Shown: positions 1 to 13,639, numbered from the stretch's first letter. The stretch is DNA of 64,000 nucleotides from Octopus sinensis (GCF_006345805.1 NC_042999.1:48546001-48610000), one strand, 5' to 3'. A program made the numbers and translations. The notes: generated from the sequence alone by a model not told the origin.

Positions 1-276
1 CTCGGGGAATTTGAACTCAGAACGTAGAGGCAGACGAAATACCTATTTCTTTACTACCCACAAGGGGCTAAACACAGAGAGGACAATGAAGGAAAGACAA
101 ACGCATTAAGTCGATTATATCGACCCCAGTGCGTAACTGGTACTTATTCAATCGACCTCGAAAGAATGAAAGGCAAAGTCGACCTCGGCGGAATTTGAAC
201 TCAGAACGTAGCGGCAGACGAAATACCGCAAAGCATTTCGTCCGGCGTGCTAACGTTTCTGCCAGTTTACCGCCTT
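1..276 (-). mobile_element. tRNA-derived SINE family A (Deu/Nin-like central domain), dimeric, truncated by window edge
   Basis: Reverse complement matches the copies at 14760, 47877 and 55752: head AAGGCGG..CTGGCAGAAACGTTAGCACGCCGG, B-box-like GAGTTCAAATTCC, core GCCTTTCAT..GGTCGA..AAGTACCAGTTACGCACTGGGGTCGA, then the start of a second unit. Confidence 0.85.
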
Positions 277-419
277 AATACGTTACATATATTACATATA
301 TGAAATATAATAGTTTGCCGAATCGTTTCCCTGTAAATACATCGGAGTCTAAGTTTGAATTGAGGGTACAACTGTCTTTTATACTGTTAATCCCTGGACC
401 TCATATATTGAATAAAAAT

Positions 420-494
<75 letters not shown>

Positions 495-2865
495 CTATAT
501 AAAAATTGAGTTTTCCAATGCAACACCCTTTATCGAATTCGAAATATTACTAGTGTAACATTCACATCATATGTGTTTAACTCAATAAACTCAATATGAA
601 GTAATCAATTTCTTTTTTCATTAGACATTAATTGTAAATTTGTGATTTGGTTTCAATAATTATTATAAGAATTAACTGAAATTCCATTTATCATCATTTA
701 AATGACTCTCTAATACATAACACATTAATTTACGGTTTTAATTAGAAATAATTTTTATTTTATTTATTTCGAGTTTTGTTTTATAATTTAAAAGAGTCTT
801 CAAGAGGTTATTTTCCTTATGTCCTGTAAACTAATTAATAAATCAAATAATTATAGTTTCCTTCATTAACAAAATAATAAATTTGTATTGATTAATATAA
901 TTTTTATTGATTACTCTTAATTAGTATTTCGATACGAATTAATGTGCAAGGATTATCTAGTCGCTTCGAATTCTTATTCTTTGTTCTTCAAAGTGCATAA
1001 TCAATATCTACTGATTAAATAGGAAATATCTACAAAAGTAGTTGTTGTCTACTCCCATTCGAGCTGTAATGGGCGTACACAAGGAAATATGTTGTAGCAG
1101 TGACTAAAAATCTATAAGAAAAAATGCTTTCATTTCCTAATGCCTTTATTTCCTTTATTTCCTAATCCCTTTATTTCCTTTATTTCTCTAAGTAAATTTG
1201 ACGAGTGTATGACGTAAGCTTTAGCTGGTACCTGTAGCAAGTTCATTAGCCACATAAAAGCCTCCTGAGCTGTTGAAGTATGTTTCACTAACACGTTGGA
1301 ATCTGTTGATTATAAAGAAATTTACTTGTTTTGCTACTTTGCCTCTAGTCATCAATGATAGAAAATATAAGTCATTAATCATGATAAAGAAAATGCCATT
1401 TATGTTTATAATTTGTATACATTATACAGCATGTAATTCAGTCTCAAACCGGTTAGATTTAACAATGTTTGGTAGCTATTCCTGGATAGAGCATATAATA
1501 TAGAATATTGTTTCCTAAACATTTGCTAATACTGCAATTCTTTCATGTCAAGTCAATTTAGGCATCACTCCTTAAATCAGCTTAGCTTTCGAAAGCAGGT
1601 GATGCTAAGTTTGTATCTCGCACATTTTGTATTTTAGAGGAAATAATTATTTTCAAATAAATGCATAGACAACATGATCACAGTTATTGACAAACTTAAA
1701 AATTAATTGCATGAAAATTACTATCTTCATATGACTATCAAAAATGGAATTTACATAAAACTCAGAACGATAAGTTTATGTATTGGATTTGCCGATTTAA
1801 AAAAAATCTTCGATTTTGCGACTTGATTTCTGAGCGCAAATCAGATGGCATAAGCCACACATGCTAACCTACGTGCGTAAGCGAAAGCAGGGTGTATTTA
1901 ATCATTCGCCTTTGTTTGTCTGTGTTTATTTCAAAATTACGTTATGACGGCAGAACGGATTTTCACCAAATTTGGCAGAAATACTCTTTGGGTGAGTGGC
2001 TCGAAATGATTAAAATAGTGTTCGATTACAGTCCCACATGCATAAATGCATACATAAATATGTGACTCTGTGTGTGAGTGTGTGGATACTGATGGATTCG
2101 AGAGCTTCGTTTATGTACAGGTTGGTTTCTATATTTCAACGTAGTATAAATACCTATAATAGTGAAACACTTCTCAAATATTACGGAATATCTTCTAAAA
2201 GTATTTAATTTTGTTCACTTTTTTCATATGAATCGACCCTCGTCTACATGCGCATAGATCATAGTGTGCGCGTAGACACATGTGGGTACATAATGCATAA
2301 TACATACATATGCAACTGTGTGTGTGCGTATGTACTTGTGTGTGTTGTGTATAGTGATGGATTCGAGGGTTTCGTTTATTGAAGTGGTGATTTCTTAAAT
2401 GCACGGAAGTATAGATGCCTATAATGGTGATGCTTAAAAGTTAATCCAGTTCAATGAATAGGCATTGGTAAGGAAATCATTGTAAGCCCCACTATAATTT
2501 GCAAAAACCTCTATCTGCGCGCAGGATGTGCTTCGCTCTTATATCATTTGTCACTGGTATTATTCTTTTTATAATGATGCGTATTGAAAGGCACGAGAGA
2601 TATCTTAGATGTTTAGTTAATTCAATATTTTCCAATAATATTTTTGTCAATTTTGCTGTTGCAAAAGGTAGCAAAAAGAAGATTCGTGTTATATTTAGCG
2701 CTGTAAATATATAATGGCAACATATTCATAGAGTGTTAGAAACTATAAAAGTAAGCTATGAGAAATCATGGTTTTGTCAGACACACATAGAAATAACATG
2801 TGGATCACAGGTATTCGATGTGAGCCAAATTATTTCACGTAATAGCGGAATACTAATGTGCAATC

Positions 2866-2988
2866 TAGGCACAAGACTATACATTTTGAGGGAAAAGCTT
2901 TAGTCATTTATATCGATTCGAGTACATTACTATTACACATATTTTATCGGCCACGAAAGGAGAAAAGGCAAAGTCAACCTCGGCAATT
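2866..2988 (-). mobile_element. SINE family A fragment (degenerate)
   Basis: GAAAGGAGAAAAGGCAAAGTCAACCTCGGC matches the reverse-complement family A core; flanks are decayed. Confidence 0.55.
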
Positions 2989-4147
2989 CTTAGAGTATAA
3001 ACTATTACAAAATGTTTAAGTGAAAGGTGTTATAAGTTTTAGGAAGTGCTCTTCATGTAAAAAATATGAAACTGCAGATAAAATCTCTTCATGAGATTTC
3101 TTTAGAATTTTCAATTTTGTTAAATTTCTTCAAAATAAGGTATAGCATTTCAGTGGATGGCTCTCCGCTCTTCTACATTAGTTCAATAGCTGAAAGATTG
3201 AAATGGAGCACGTATATTACATAAAACCAAGTCAAGCGTTATATGGACAGTAAACCAGACAGATTTAATATTTTCACTTTTGTTTAATCCCAGTATTCTT
3301 TCATAACATTCTTGCGAACAAAAAGCAAATCACACATATGAAATAATGATATTAAATGACTAACAAAAAATACGTCAAGTAATTTTATTAGAAATGCATT
3401 GAAACATTGAAAATACAGCGGATATTAGGAAAGAATAGATAGTCAAAAGAAGCGGAGGAAAAAAAGGTGACGTAAATGTAAATATACATGAAAAACATAT
3501 TTTGTAATAGAATAGGATTAAAGAAGTAGATGACAAATCTTCAGGAAAATATTAGAAATGGCACTGATATATTGATAAAAGTAAAATCAAATATACTATA
3601 TCTAAACGTTATCAGGATTATAGAGGACATATTGGCATAACTGGAAAATAATGAAGTGAAAGAAAAAAGACGAAAATACTTTTCTTCATAATTACTGTTT
3701 TGTTTTTGGCTCTCTAGCACAAATAATAACGAAAGTAAATGCAAAAACCAATATTGTGTATAGGTTATATAAGTAAGCTAATGGAAAACACAGTATAATA
3801 TTGTTAATAATTAGAAAAAATACTAAAAGCTGCTGAGCAACATATGTTATCAAAAGACCTAAACCAGCGAATGTTTGCATTATTTTTTAATGACGAAGAA
3901 TTACGGCTCGATTTCACTTATTATCAATTACGAAAACATTTGGAGATTTTGCATGTCTCTCAAAAATATGTAGTCGAGTAATTTTCAATTACTCATTATT
4001 TGCAATATCTAATTGGGCTCAAGACACTTGTGAATAACTAACATCCTATAAAACAGACATATATGTCATTATCAATGTTAACAGCAAACCTTACTCGTAT
4101 GAAAGCATTGCTCATTCGAAAGGAAGGCATATGTGTGCGTATATATT

Positions 4148-4198
<51 letters not shown>

Positions 4199-5434
4199 GC
4201 ATATATATATGTATATATATATATTTATATTTATATACCGAGATAGAGTGAATGAGAGAGAAATTGAGCGAGAAATATATATAAAACACCAAACGCACTT
4301 AAATTTTCTTCAAAACTTAAATGCTTTTCATTATCTAGTTGGACCGGTTTGCTTTCATCCACATTGCAAAAAGCATATAAACCCACAAATACCTTGATGT
4401 ATTTGCACTTATGGTATATCGAAACTTAATGAGGGACCCACCACTCCAAAAACTGGTACAAATACGTTCCAGACGACTCTGGAAGACGATGAATACTATG
4501 CGATCTATTATAGTGGGAAAACTCATATACTGTATGAGAAAAGAGATATGAACAGAACGGCAATGAAAGACAAACATTATTTTGTTAAGTATTTATCATT
4601 TGCGCAGGTGCCAATAACTCAGTACTGAAACGAAAATCTCTCCAAATATAAAGCATGTAAAAGGCAAAGAATGTGTCATTTGAATATAGGATGGAAGAAG
4701 AATGCCTATACATTTAGAGAGGAGGACCTGCGTGCATGTATGTTTATATATTTTTGTGCGTGTATATATAATGTAAACAGCAGTTTGCAATGTTTCACTA
4801 AAGCGGAGAATAATAATTATCACAAAATTTGACTGGGGTGTTACAAAATATCTACAATGCTAGAAATAAGGGCTAATATGCTCTAATACTGTAATGAATT
4901 CACATGAATGAAAACATATACAATAACATGGTACTTCACTCTCCGAAAAATACCAACCGAGAATTCTTAAGATTGACGCGTCAGTTTAGGCAATTTCCGT
5001 TTCCATCGTCAGTTAAGCCAGCTCGGTGTTCGGTTATTTCAGGACCTGTTTCTTTAGCAGCATATGCGTTTCCGTCATCCACATTAATGGATAATTTAGC
5101 GCTTACTAATATGTACACACAGACTTTATGCAAGCAGCAGGTTGCAATATTGCACCAAAAAGGAGAATTATATATATATATACTCACATCGATTTTCACA
5201 CCACGTACGAAACGAGGAAAGGAAGCTAACAGAAGTTCATAATAATAAAGTTATCCCCGAATCGATTCCGATTTCTAATTGATCCAAAGAGGATTTTTCC
5301 TTCTTCAGCGAAGAACACAAAACGGAAATGGAAATATTCGTATTTATAATTGTATAATTTTCGCCTTAAAATATATTTTTCATATGCTGGCCACTGATAA
5401 AATTATTTAATATAATGTTGCCCTTATATTAGAA

Positions 5435-5587
<153 letters not shown>

Positions 5588-6090
5588 ATAACAAAATATG
5601 AACTCCTGTCGAAATCTACGTACCATAGACAAGAAGCATTTCTACCCATTCTACACACCACTTTCCTTCGACAGCGCTTTCACACACTCTCTCTCTCTCT
5701 CTTTCTCTGCGTCTGTCTGCATTCATAGAGAGAATTATCATCACCACCACCACCACAGAATCATGAGAACAAATATTATGAATCAGATATTTATTGGGTT
5801 AATCTATATATGTGTGTGTGTGTTCTATATATAAATATGTATATACAATGTATATATACAAAGTGTATATATCTGTATTTATGTATATTAAACTTTTAAT
5901 ACTTTTTGATAATTATATATATTTAAAAAAAATTATAAATATAAATTAGTATTTTTAATTTTAAATTTAAATAATAAATTTTTTTTAATTTTATATTTTA
6001 TACATTTTGTATATTATATTTTTAGTTTTATGTTTTGGTTTATGTTTTTTACTGTTTGATTTACCTAATAGTGGTTTTATCTCTAATTTA

Positions 6091-6153
<63 letters not shown>

Positions 6154-7239
6154 GTATACATTTATATATATAATGCGTACACACACACATATACATAATG
6201 CGGATATATATATATATATATATATATAATCTGTGCATTATGTGGTCGGTTGTGTACACCTATGTTAAAAGTGCTGGCGAGTTTGTATGGCAACTATTTT
6301 TTTCCTCAAATGAAAGGAGTGACCTCTAGGACAAAATTCCTCATCTTATAAAATGTGGCCCGAGTAGACCTGAATGAAATCGGTTTATATTAACCAAAAT
6401 GTGAAAAGGGGTCTAAATGGGGCTTGAAAGGGATTGAAATTTACAGGAGCGGGTGTTAAAGAATTCTCTGTTACATCAAACTAAAAAATTTGCGCCAGCT
6501 TTTAAATCTTCAATGTGGTGCCGTCCATGATGAAGTTTTGACTGGTTTCATTGGTGAGTCTACTGTCGTGAGAAAGAATCACTTCAAAACTTGGTGTTTA
6601 GGAATTTTCTTTTACATCAAGTTCAAAATTTTACGCCAGCCGTTAAACTGCTGCCACTACGTTGCTGTCCATCGTTAAGAAATGCCAGCCATGATGACTC
6701 TACTATCCTCAGATTCTATCCCTTCAAACTTTGGTTTCCAATATTTTTTATTTCTATTCAGCTCGCAAGATCGTCTGTCCCTTTTAAATCTTAGTGTTTT
6801 GCTGTCTGCCTTGAAGCAGAGCTTTCCGTTGTCACTGCCTGATATTTATTATTGATCTTTCAAAATATTTTATTTCTCAACTTACGCAAGATCTTTTGTT
6901 GCTTATAAATGAGAGAGAGAGAGAAAGAGAGAGGAAGCTAGAGAGTAAGAAAAAGCGAGGGAGAGTCCGAGAGAAAGGAAGAATAAGAGAGTGGGAAAAT
7001 GAGAGCGAAAGGAGAGAGAAACAAAGAGGGAGAATGTTGTGATAAAAAACAGAGAGGAAGCATCAGAAATTAACAACCACACTCTTACTCCCACGTAGAG
7101 CGGGTCACCTTAAGCTAGTCTTACATATATTTTCACTCTTACTTTTATTCTATTTCCCTTTATACTTCCTATATCCATCCTTTTCCAAAATAATACCCTA
7201 TATTGAACTCTACTATTTCCTTCTAGTTAACTCCCTCCT

Positions 7240-7285
7240 ATCGTCTCTGATGAAAGGATATCCCTAATATCCCAGAAACAGTTTA
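7240..7285 (+). ncRNA. Degenerate hammerhead ribozyme motif
   Basis: CTGATGA (7247-7253), stem II GGATAT/ATATCC, GAAAC (7275-7279); stems I and III cannot be completed. Confidence 0.45.
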
Positions 7286-7424
7286 TAAATGTCCTATAAT
7301 ATGTCCTTTATAAATGTCCTATAATATCCACACAGCCTTCCCTTTGTTGTCTGACTACGGCCGCGTGGCTGAAACGAGTAAAAGAGCACAAGAGAATATA
7401 TATACATATGTATGTATATATGTA

Positions 7425-8718
7425 CGAGGGCGTTCAATAAGTAATGCCCCTGACCCACTTCCCGTAGCAGTAGAGCAACGAAACTTGGCACAACTATTAG
7501 TCTTTTTCTACCAAGGAACCACCCAGAGTAACGCATTTCTGTCATCGTGTGATGCAGCTCTGGAGACCGTTTTTGTAGAAGACCCCCCCGCTTGGTCCTC
7601 CAACCCCGACGTGACTTCAGAAATCAAGGCTGCATCATTTGGAAAACACTTTCCTTTCAAAAACAACTTCATGGCCGGGAAGAGGTGAAAATCTGAGGGT
7701 GCAAGGTCAGGAGAGTAGGGAGATGGGGGAGGAGTTCATAGCCGCACGCCTGTGCTTCTGATCTGGCGACAGCGAGTTGTGGACCGGAGCGTTGTCCTGC
7801 AGGAGGAGGATGCCTTTACTGATCTTGTTCCGCCTCTTGATTTTGATAGCTTCTCTTAATTTCCTCAAACGTGAAGCATAATAGGCTCCTATAATTGTGG
7901 TACTCTTTGCCAGGAAATCTGTCATCACTACTCCGTCCTGGTCCCAGAAGACTGTGAGCATGACCTTGCCGGCGGAGCGCTGCACCCTTGCCTTCTTTGG
8001 AGGAGGTGAGTCACGGTGCTTCCACAGCATTGACTGGGCTTTGGTCTCTGGATCATAGTGATGGACCCAGGTTTCATCCTGTGTAATCAGTCTTTTGAAA
8101 AAAATTGACTCATCTTCTTGGCATATCTGAAAATTCATCCTCGAGCACTCGACACATTCTTGCTTCTGGAAAGATGTGAGCAGCCTGGGAATCCATCTGG
8201 CAGACACCTTTTGCATATGCAAATTGTCATGAATGATAGTTTTCACAGACCCGGTACTAATCTTGACCCCATGGGCTATTTGGCGAATAGTTATGCGTCG
8301 ATCTTCCAAAATGGCAGCCTCAACTTGACGGACAGATGCCTCATCAATGGAAGAACGGGGGGGCGACCATATCTGGGAGCTGTTTCCACAGAGTTCCGAC
8401 CATGTTTGAATTTACGATGCCAGCGTTTTACAAGGTCATATGATGGGGCATCATCACCATAAGTTACTTTCATTTCATCAAAAATCTCCCGTGGTGTGCG
8501 TCCTTTCAAATATAAAAACCGGATCACTACTCGACACTCAACAGGCTCCATTTCACACTTGACTCAGTTCAAACACCTCTAAATCCGAGACCACAATTAG
8601 CTCAGAGCTGTGATTTTCCCCTTAATCTATAGATATATAAGCAATTGCACATGCAAAATTTCAGCTAGATCAAACAATTGCAAGTAGGTCGGAGGCATTA
8701 CTTATTGAACGTCCCTCG
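7425..8718 (-). mobile_element. Full-length mariner (DD34D) DNA transposon with frameshifted transposase
   Basis: TIRs CGAGGGCGTTCAATAAGTAATGCC.. and ..GGCATTACTTATTGAACGTCCCTCG; TA on the left, TG on the right; 1294 bp. ORFs 8291-8551 and 7707-8309 contain the HTH, ITQDETW and QDNAPVH, followed by PYSPDLAPSDFHLF in another frame. Confidence 0.95.
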
Positions 8719-8743
8719 TGTGTATGTATGTATGTATGTTTAT

Positions 8744-9302
8744 GTTTATGTCACGTCACTTTCGAGTGCTACTGGTAACATGTAACCAAGTACAACCTGT
8801 TGCATGGTTGGGCCGTCGGCGACTAAACCGGCAACCCCACCAAGCTTGCTTGGTGAGGTGGGTGTTAATTGGACACCCTATGGGATGAAAAACAAAACCC
8901 ATGAAAGGGCGGAGGAACTTTTGAGTGTCAACGGCCAACCAATAAACGTCTTAAGGATGTATCATGCGCGGGGACATGGAACTAATCGGACTGAATACCC
9001 GATCCTGCGGTTAGACTATTGGGAGTGAAAGACTCCTAGCCTTTGTTAGTGTATACTTCTAGGAGAAGGTAACTCAGGTAACTGGGATAACTCCGACATA
9101 AAACCTGCGGCTCAGTAGTTACCGATGATGTTGATTTTTTCTTCTTTTCGGATTAAGGCTGCCGTTGCTTAGTGAGTGGGATTGATTCAGTGCACAGCCT
9201 TTCCTCACTTTAGAAAAAATCTTCTTGCACAGGCATTGCACGATAACAACATTGATTAAGATTCGTACAATGGCCATACTCGATAACGAGTGGGTAGCCA
9301 TC
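8744..9302 (+). mobile_element. Possible RTE-type LINE 5' UTR or internally deleted derivative between (TATG)n tracts
   Basis: GC-richer structured segment with GGCGACTAAACCGGCAAC and CTAGGAGAAGGTAACTC..AAAACCTGCGGC, which resemble RTE 5' UTRs from memory; no ORF. Confidence 0.35.
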
Positions 9303-10938
9303 ATGTATGTATGTATGTATGTATGCATAAGGCGCCTTGGGAAAAGAACAACATATATTGCCATTCGACATTTCCGAAAGTTTTACTAATTGTATATATC
9401 CCAGGAATTCCGTTGTGCTTTTATTGTACTTCCAACAGTTTTTAGTTTCTTCCTGCTAATACAAATTCAGCTGTAGTAACAATGTGTGGATGTCGATCGT
9501 GAACAGACATGTGCATTTGATTGGAATTGTCTTAGTTCTGGAATGTTTGGGGAATTGAGTAGCTATCAGCTGGATTTCTCTTGATTATTCGTATGCGAGT
9601 TTTCCTTTTCTTGCTGTAGTGAAGTTGGTGGTGGTTTCTGTTCTTATCTACGTCCGATGTGGAATTTATTTTGTATGTTTTATTGTTTTTTTCTTCATTT
9701 TTTCTTTTATTTTTCATTTTCTGTCTTTTGATAAGCAGTTATATTGTCGCAGGACTCCAATATGGATGTTGACAGGGGTACGTTATGTTGTGAATGTATT
9801 TCTGTTTGTGGACGTAAGAATGCCAGTAATAAGAGCCAAGGAGAAAAAGAGTGATATTGCAGTGATCAGGTTAATTAAATCATTAATTTTCGCGAATCTG
9901 ATTGCTACTGGGTTTTACACACTGCTTCCCATTACTCCTTTAAAGGTTTCAGGTTTATTTTCTTTGTTTAATGCAAGGAGGTCTCAAGCCTCTGAAATTT
10001 CCATTTGATGCACAGCTTCAAAGGATGATGAAACGTACTACTTTTATAACAGGAAGGTGTTTTTGACTTCTACTTCTAGAATCAAGCACGAAATAATTTA
10101 GTGTTAGACTCTTTCGCCGGTGATGCTACAACATCCTGCTCACCTCTCTCTCTTCCCACCGCTCTCTGTCTCTCTCTCTGTCTCTCTCTCTGTCTCTCTC
10201 TCTGTCTCTCTCTCTCTGTCTCTTTCTCTCTCTCTCTCTGCCTCTCTCTCTCTCTCTCTCTGTCCCTCTATTTCTTTTCCTCCATCTTTCTCTATTCTTA
10301 TATTCTCTCTTTTATTTTCTCAGGGAAAGAAACTTGTCTTCTTTGTCACGAATTAAATGGAATCACTACACTCCACCTCGAAGCTTACAGTATAATTTTC
10401 CCACCGGTGACAGAGTTTAATCCTAGAATGAATGTAAACTTCAAAGGTAATGAGGATTTGCAAATGGATGCGTAACACCAGGACTGAATCACTTCATTTG
10501 CTTCAATGGGGAAAGGAAGGACTGTGTCCTTCACAAAGCCCAGACATGTTGTCTTCTTCGCCTCAATCGCTCCTATAATGCTTTTTAAGATGCTGAAACT
10601 TGTCACGTGTAGAAACACCTGCCGGACATATCTTCCCTGAAGGAAAATTATTTATTGCTTTGAAAAAGCGATAATGAACATTCCATTATTCATTTTCATT
10701 TTGCTTTAATGTGTGCTTGTGTAATACTGTTACGTTGTTATTAACAGCATTTCTACCCGGTATATTTATATCATATCCTAATGTATTAGTATATCCTTTC
10801 CGATCGTGGCTATTTATTTTTCAGTGTATTTACAGTAGCATTCGAGAGTACTTTGGCTGCTATTTCTAGTTTCTTCATTATCACGTATATAGGCACTAGT
10901 TTGGCTCGAATTATACGTATTCATTATTTGATAAATCT

Positions 10939-11003
<65 letters not shown>

Positions 11004-11030
11004 ATATATAATATATATATATGTATATAT

Positions 11031-11426
11031 ATATATATAAAGCTGAAGTTTTCTCTGTGTGTGTGTGGCAGGTTTGGTAGCCTTCAACTATCACTATCCC
11101 CTCCGAGACCCTGCGGCATAAGTCGACCAAAATTTAGATTTTGATAGAAGAAGGCTTGCTTCTCATTCCATGGAAAAGAAATTCAAATCGGACCATGTTA
11201 AGACCAAAAATTATTTACATCAAAAAGGTGTTTTTTTCTATGAAAACTCCTACTTTTAGGATTTTCTGACTGCTGTTTCGCCATTTTCCGGTGTATTTCA
11301 ACCAGAAAAATCTTCACTTAAAAAGAATAACAAGCTACATAAGGCAATTTTTTTCTTTTCAAAAATTTCAATTCTAAATGGTCGAAAAGAAAACAAACTC
11401 GAGCAACGCTGGACTATACTGCTAGT
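11031..11426 (+). mobile_element. Non-autonomous Helitron-like element
   Basis: Starts in (TA)n with ATATAAAGCTGAAG; ends AAACTCGAGCAACGCTGGACTATACTGCTAGT (decayed subterminal hairpin plus CTAG). The 3' end is shared with the 12178 element. Confidence 0.6.
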
Positions 11427-12177
11427 AGTTAGAAAAACGTCACTTTGCTGGCAGTAAGAAGACAATGCTTCCAATTTAAACTATTTGTGTATTTAAGTAT
11501 TTGAGATGCTGAAATTGAAAGACGCTGAAGGTGTTCGAAAACTATCAGCTTGATATCTGTCTACATTTCCAGGAAGACAAATGCAATATTAGGAGCTTTG
11601 TAATCAATCAAACTATTTAAACTTAAGCTGTCTTTCCTAGCAAAACCTTTATACTAATATCTACAGATTGTTTTGCTAAAAGAAATCTTATTTTGTATTC
11701 GCGCATTCAGTATATACATTTTAATATATTTATATTGGTTTACTTGGTGTTTCCATGAACAACGTAAATAATCAACTTCCTTATTTCAGTATCTTTCTAA
11801 GTGATTTGAAGGGTGCATGGATCTTTATTTCAAGTAGGTGTTTGCAGTGAAATATTTTGGACACAAGTCACTCATATACAAAGATAAATGAGAATTTTCA
11901 GGGAATATATCATATTGAACGTAAGAATTGTTTCTAAGAATTTTATAATTTCACAGGTTGTGTATATCAATAAATATATGGGAGGAAAACAATATAGTTT
12001 TATCAAAAAGAGCCAAATAGATTGGTTATCTGACCGTGATGATTATTGTGAAATAGGTTCACCTAAAGATTAATTCTAAGCGGAAGAAGAAATTTCATTC
12101 CGTAAACAGAAATAGAACTACAACACAATTAACTACTCCCGAGCGAAAACTTATATATATATATAGATATATATATA

Positions 12178-12541
12178 TCTTTATATATAAAAGAGAGGTT
12201 GTGTGATGTCTGTCTCCTACGATTTAGATTCCTAACTACTCCCACATTATAGACGTGATTCATATCGAGCTCTTCTGGGTATTAGCGCGCGTCTACGATG
12301 AGTCTACGATTTTCAAAAAAATTTACCATCAATTTTTCCCATTTTTAATGCATTTTTGGCATATATAAGGGAAGTAACTCTCTAAAAATTTATTATTAAA
12401 TCTCAGAACGTTAAAATCGACAGTAACAGCCCCCCCTTGTGGTTAGCCATATTGAGATGGCTATTATACATCACATCTCTAAAAATGCTTATATAGTTAT
12501 TTCCCTTACAAACTCGAGCAACGCCGGGCGATACTGCTAGT
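12178..12541 (+). mobile_element. Non-autonomous Helitron-like element
   Basis: 5' TCTTTATATATAAAAG and 3' AAACTCGAGCAACGCCGGGCGATACTGCTAGT; TC...CTAG termini with a GC-rich subterminal hairpin. Confidence 0.65.
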
Positions 12542-12610
12542 ATATATATATATAATATGATATATTTGCGAAGGGGTTGCAGTCATCTCAGCGAGCGAGG
12601 CAAGCTACTC

Positions 12611-12648
12611 TGAACTGACGACGAGCAATAGACTCAGAAACGTATGTC
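12611..12648 (+). ncRNA. Minimal type I hammerhead ribozyme motif (core intact, stem I weak)
   Basis: CTGACGA (12615-12621), GAG/CTC stem II, GAAACGTA (palindromic ACGT stem III, GUA triplet). Confidence 0.55.
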
Positions 12649-12822
12649 TTCAGGTGCATAGTCCCAGCTAGCGGGGGTGATTGCCTCCCCTTTGCAAATA
12701 TAAGGACACAGAAAATGTGTCAAATCCGACAGGAGACGTCGAAGTTTCCTAGGGCTAAATGGCGGTGGTGTAATTCTCTTACGGGACTTTCACATTGAGT
12801 TGACGGTATACGACCACTATAT

Positions 12823-12887
<65 letters not shown>

Positions 12888-13639
12888 CATAAATATATGT
12901 ATGTATCTACACATATATGTATGTACGTATGCATGTATTGTGAAGGCAGTTAACAAAAACATGAAGAGGCAACAATGGAGAGACTATTGGCTTTACTTCA
13001 CTGCTTAAAATATAGGCTTCACGATTCGGATGGTAGGCTTTCTTCGGAAGGAATATATAGAAGTTATGGGAATGAAAAGTAAACAAGAACAAAGTTTATG
13101 CAAGAACAATAAACAGCAAAGAGTTTGTGGCTTATATGGAGAAGCTACGAGGGATGAAACAGTGTGCGCACATATAGGAGTGTATCCGTGTTTTCGAGAT
13201 ACGTATAAGGAGCCAAGACTTTGCGTGCATTTTTTGGATATATGTCTCTAAAGGTGTACAAGTACCCAAGTATATTCGTGTCGATTAATAGAGATAAATA
13301 CGTGATGTGTGCATATTTAATCGCAAACGGCAAGTGATGAAATACTGGTTGTCGCTGTCAGCAGGTACCTGTGCAAGGTAAAATGGAAGGCAAAAGTGTT
13401 TTAGTGATATGATACAAGTACTTATTGTGCCTATAACCTCTCCTCTTCCCAACCTGCTTTTTGTTAATGTCCCTGCAAATCTGTGTTCCTATAGATTATG
13501 TGCTTGGACAAAATTAAACGAAACGTTCTGGGTAGATTGACTTACCAAAATATATTTAATACGGTGTCCAGTCATTGTTGCATTCCAGAGACTGAGAAAA
13601 AGTAATGGATAAGAGATGTAGTTGTATAGTTTGACAGAG

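Noticed and set aside
2050-2440. Diverged ~270-bp tandem duplication next to a MITE/HINE-like fragment (1870-2030)
   Set aside because: Too decayed to define ends or family; an ordinary local duplication.
4335-4577. IIDRIVFIVF resembling Cys-loop receptor TM4 (chemotactile receptor idea)
   Set aside because: Only a short motif; the downstream sequence does not fit, and no other receptor exons were found.
4990-5015. Minus-strand CTGACGATGGAAAC as a minimal hammerhead
   Set aside because: No stem II and no NUH or stem I.
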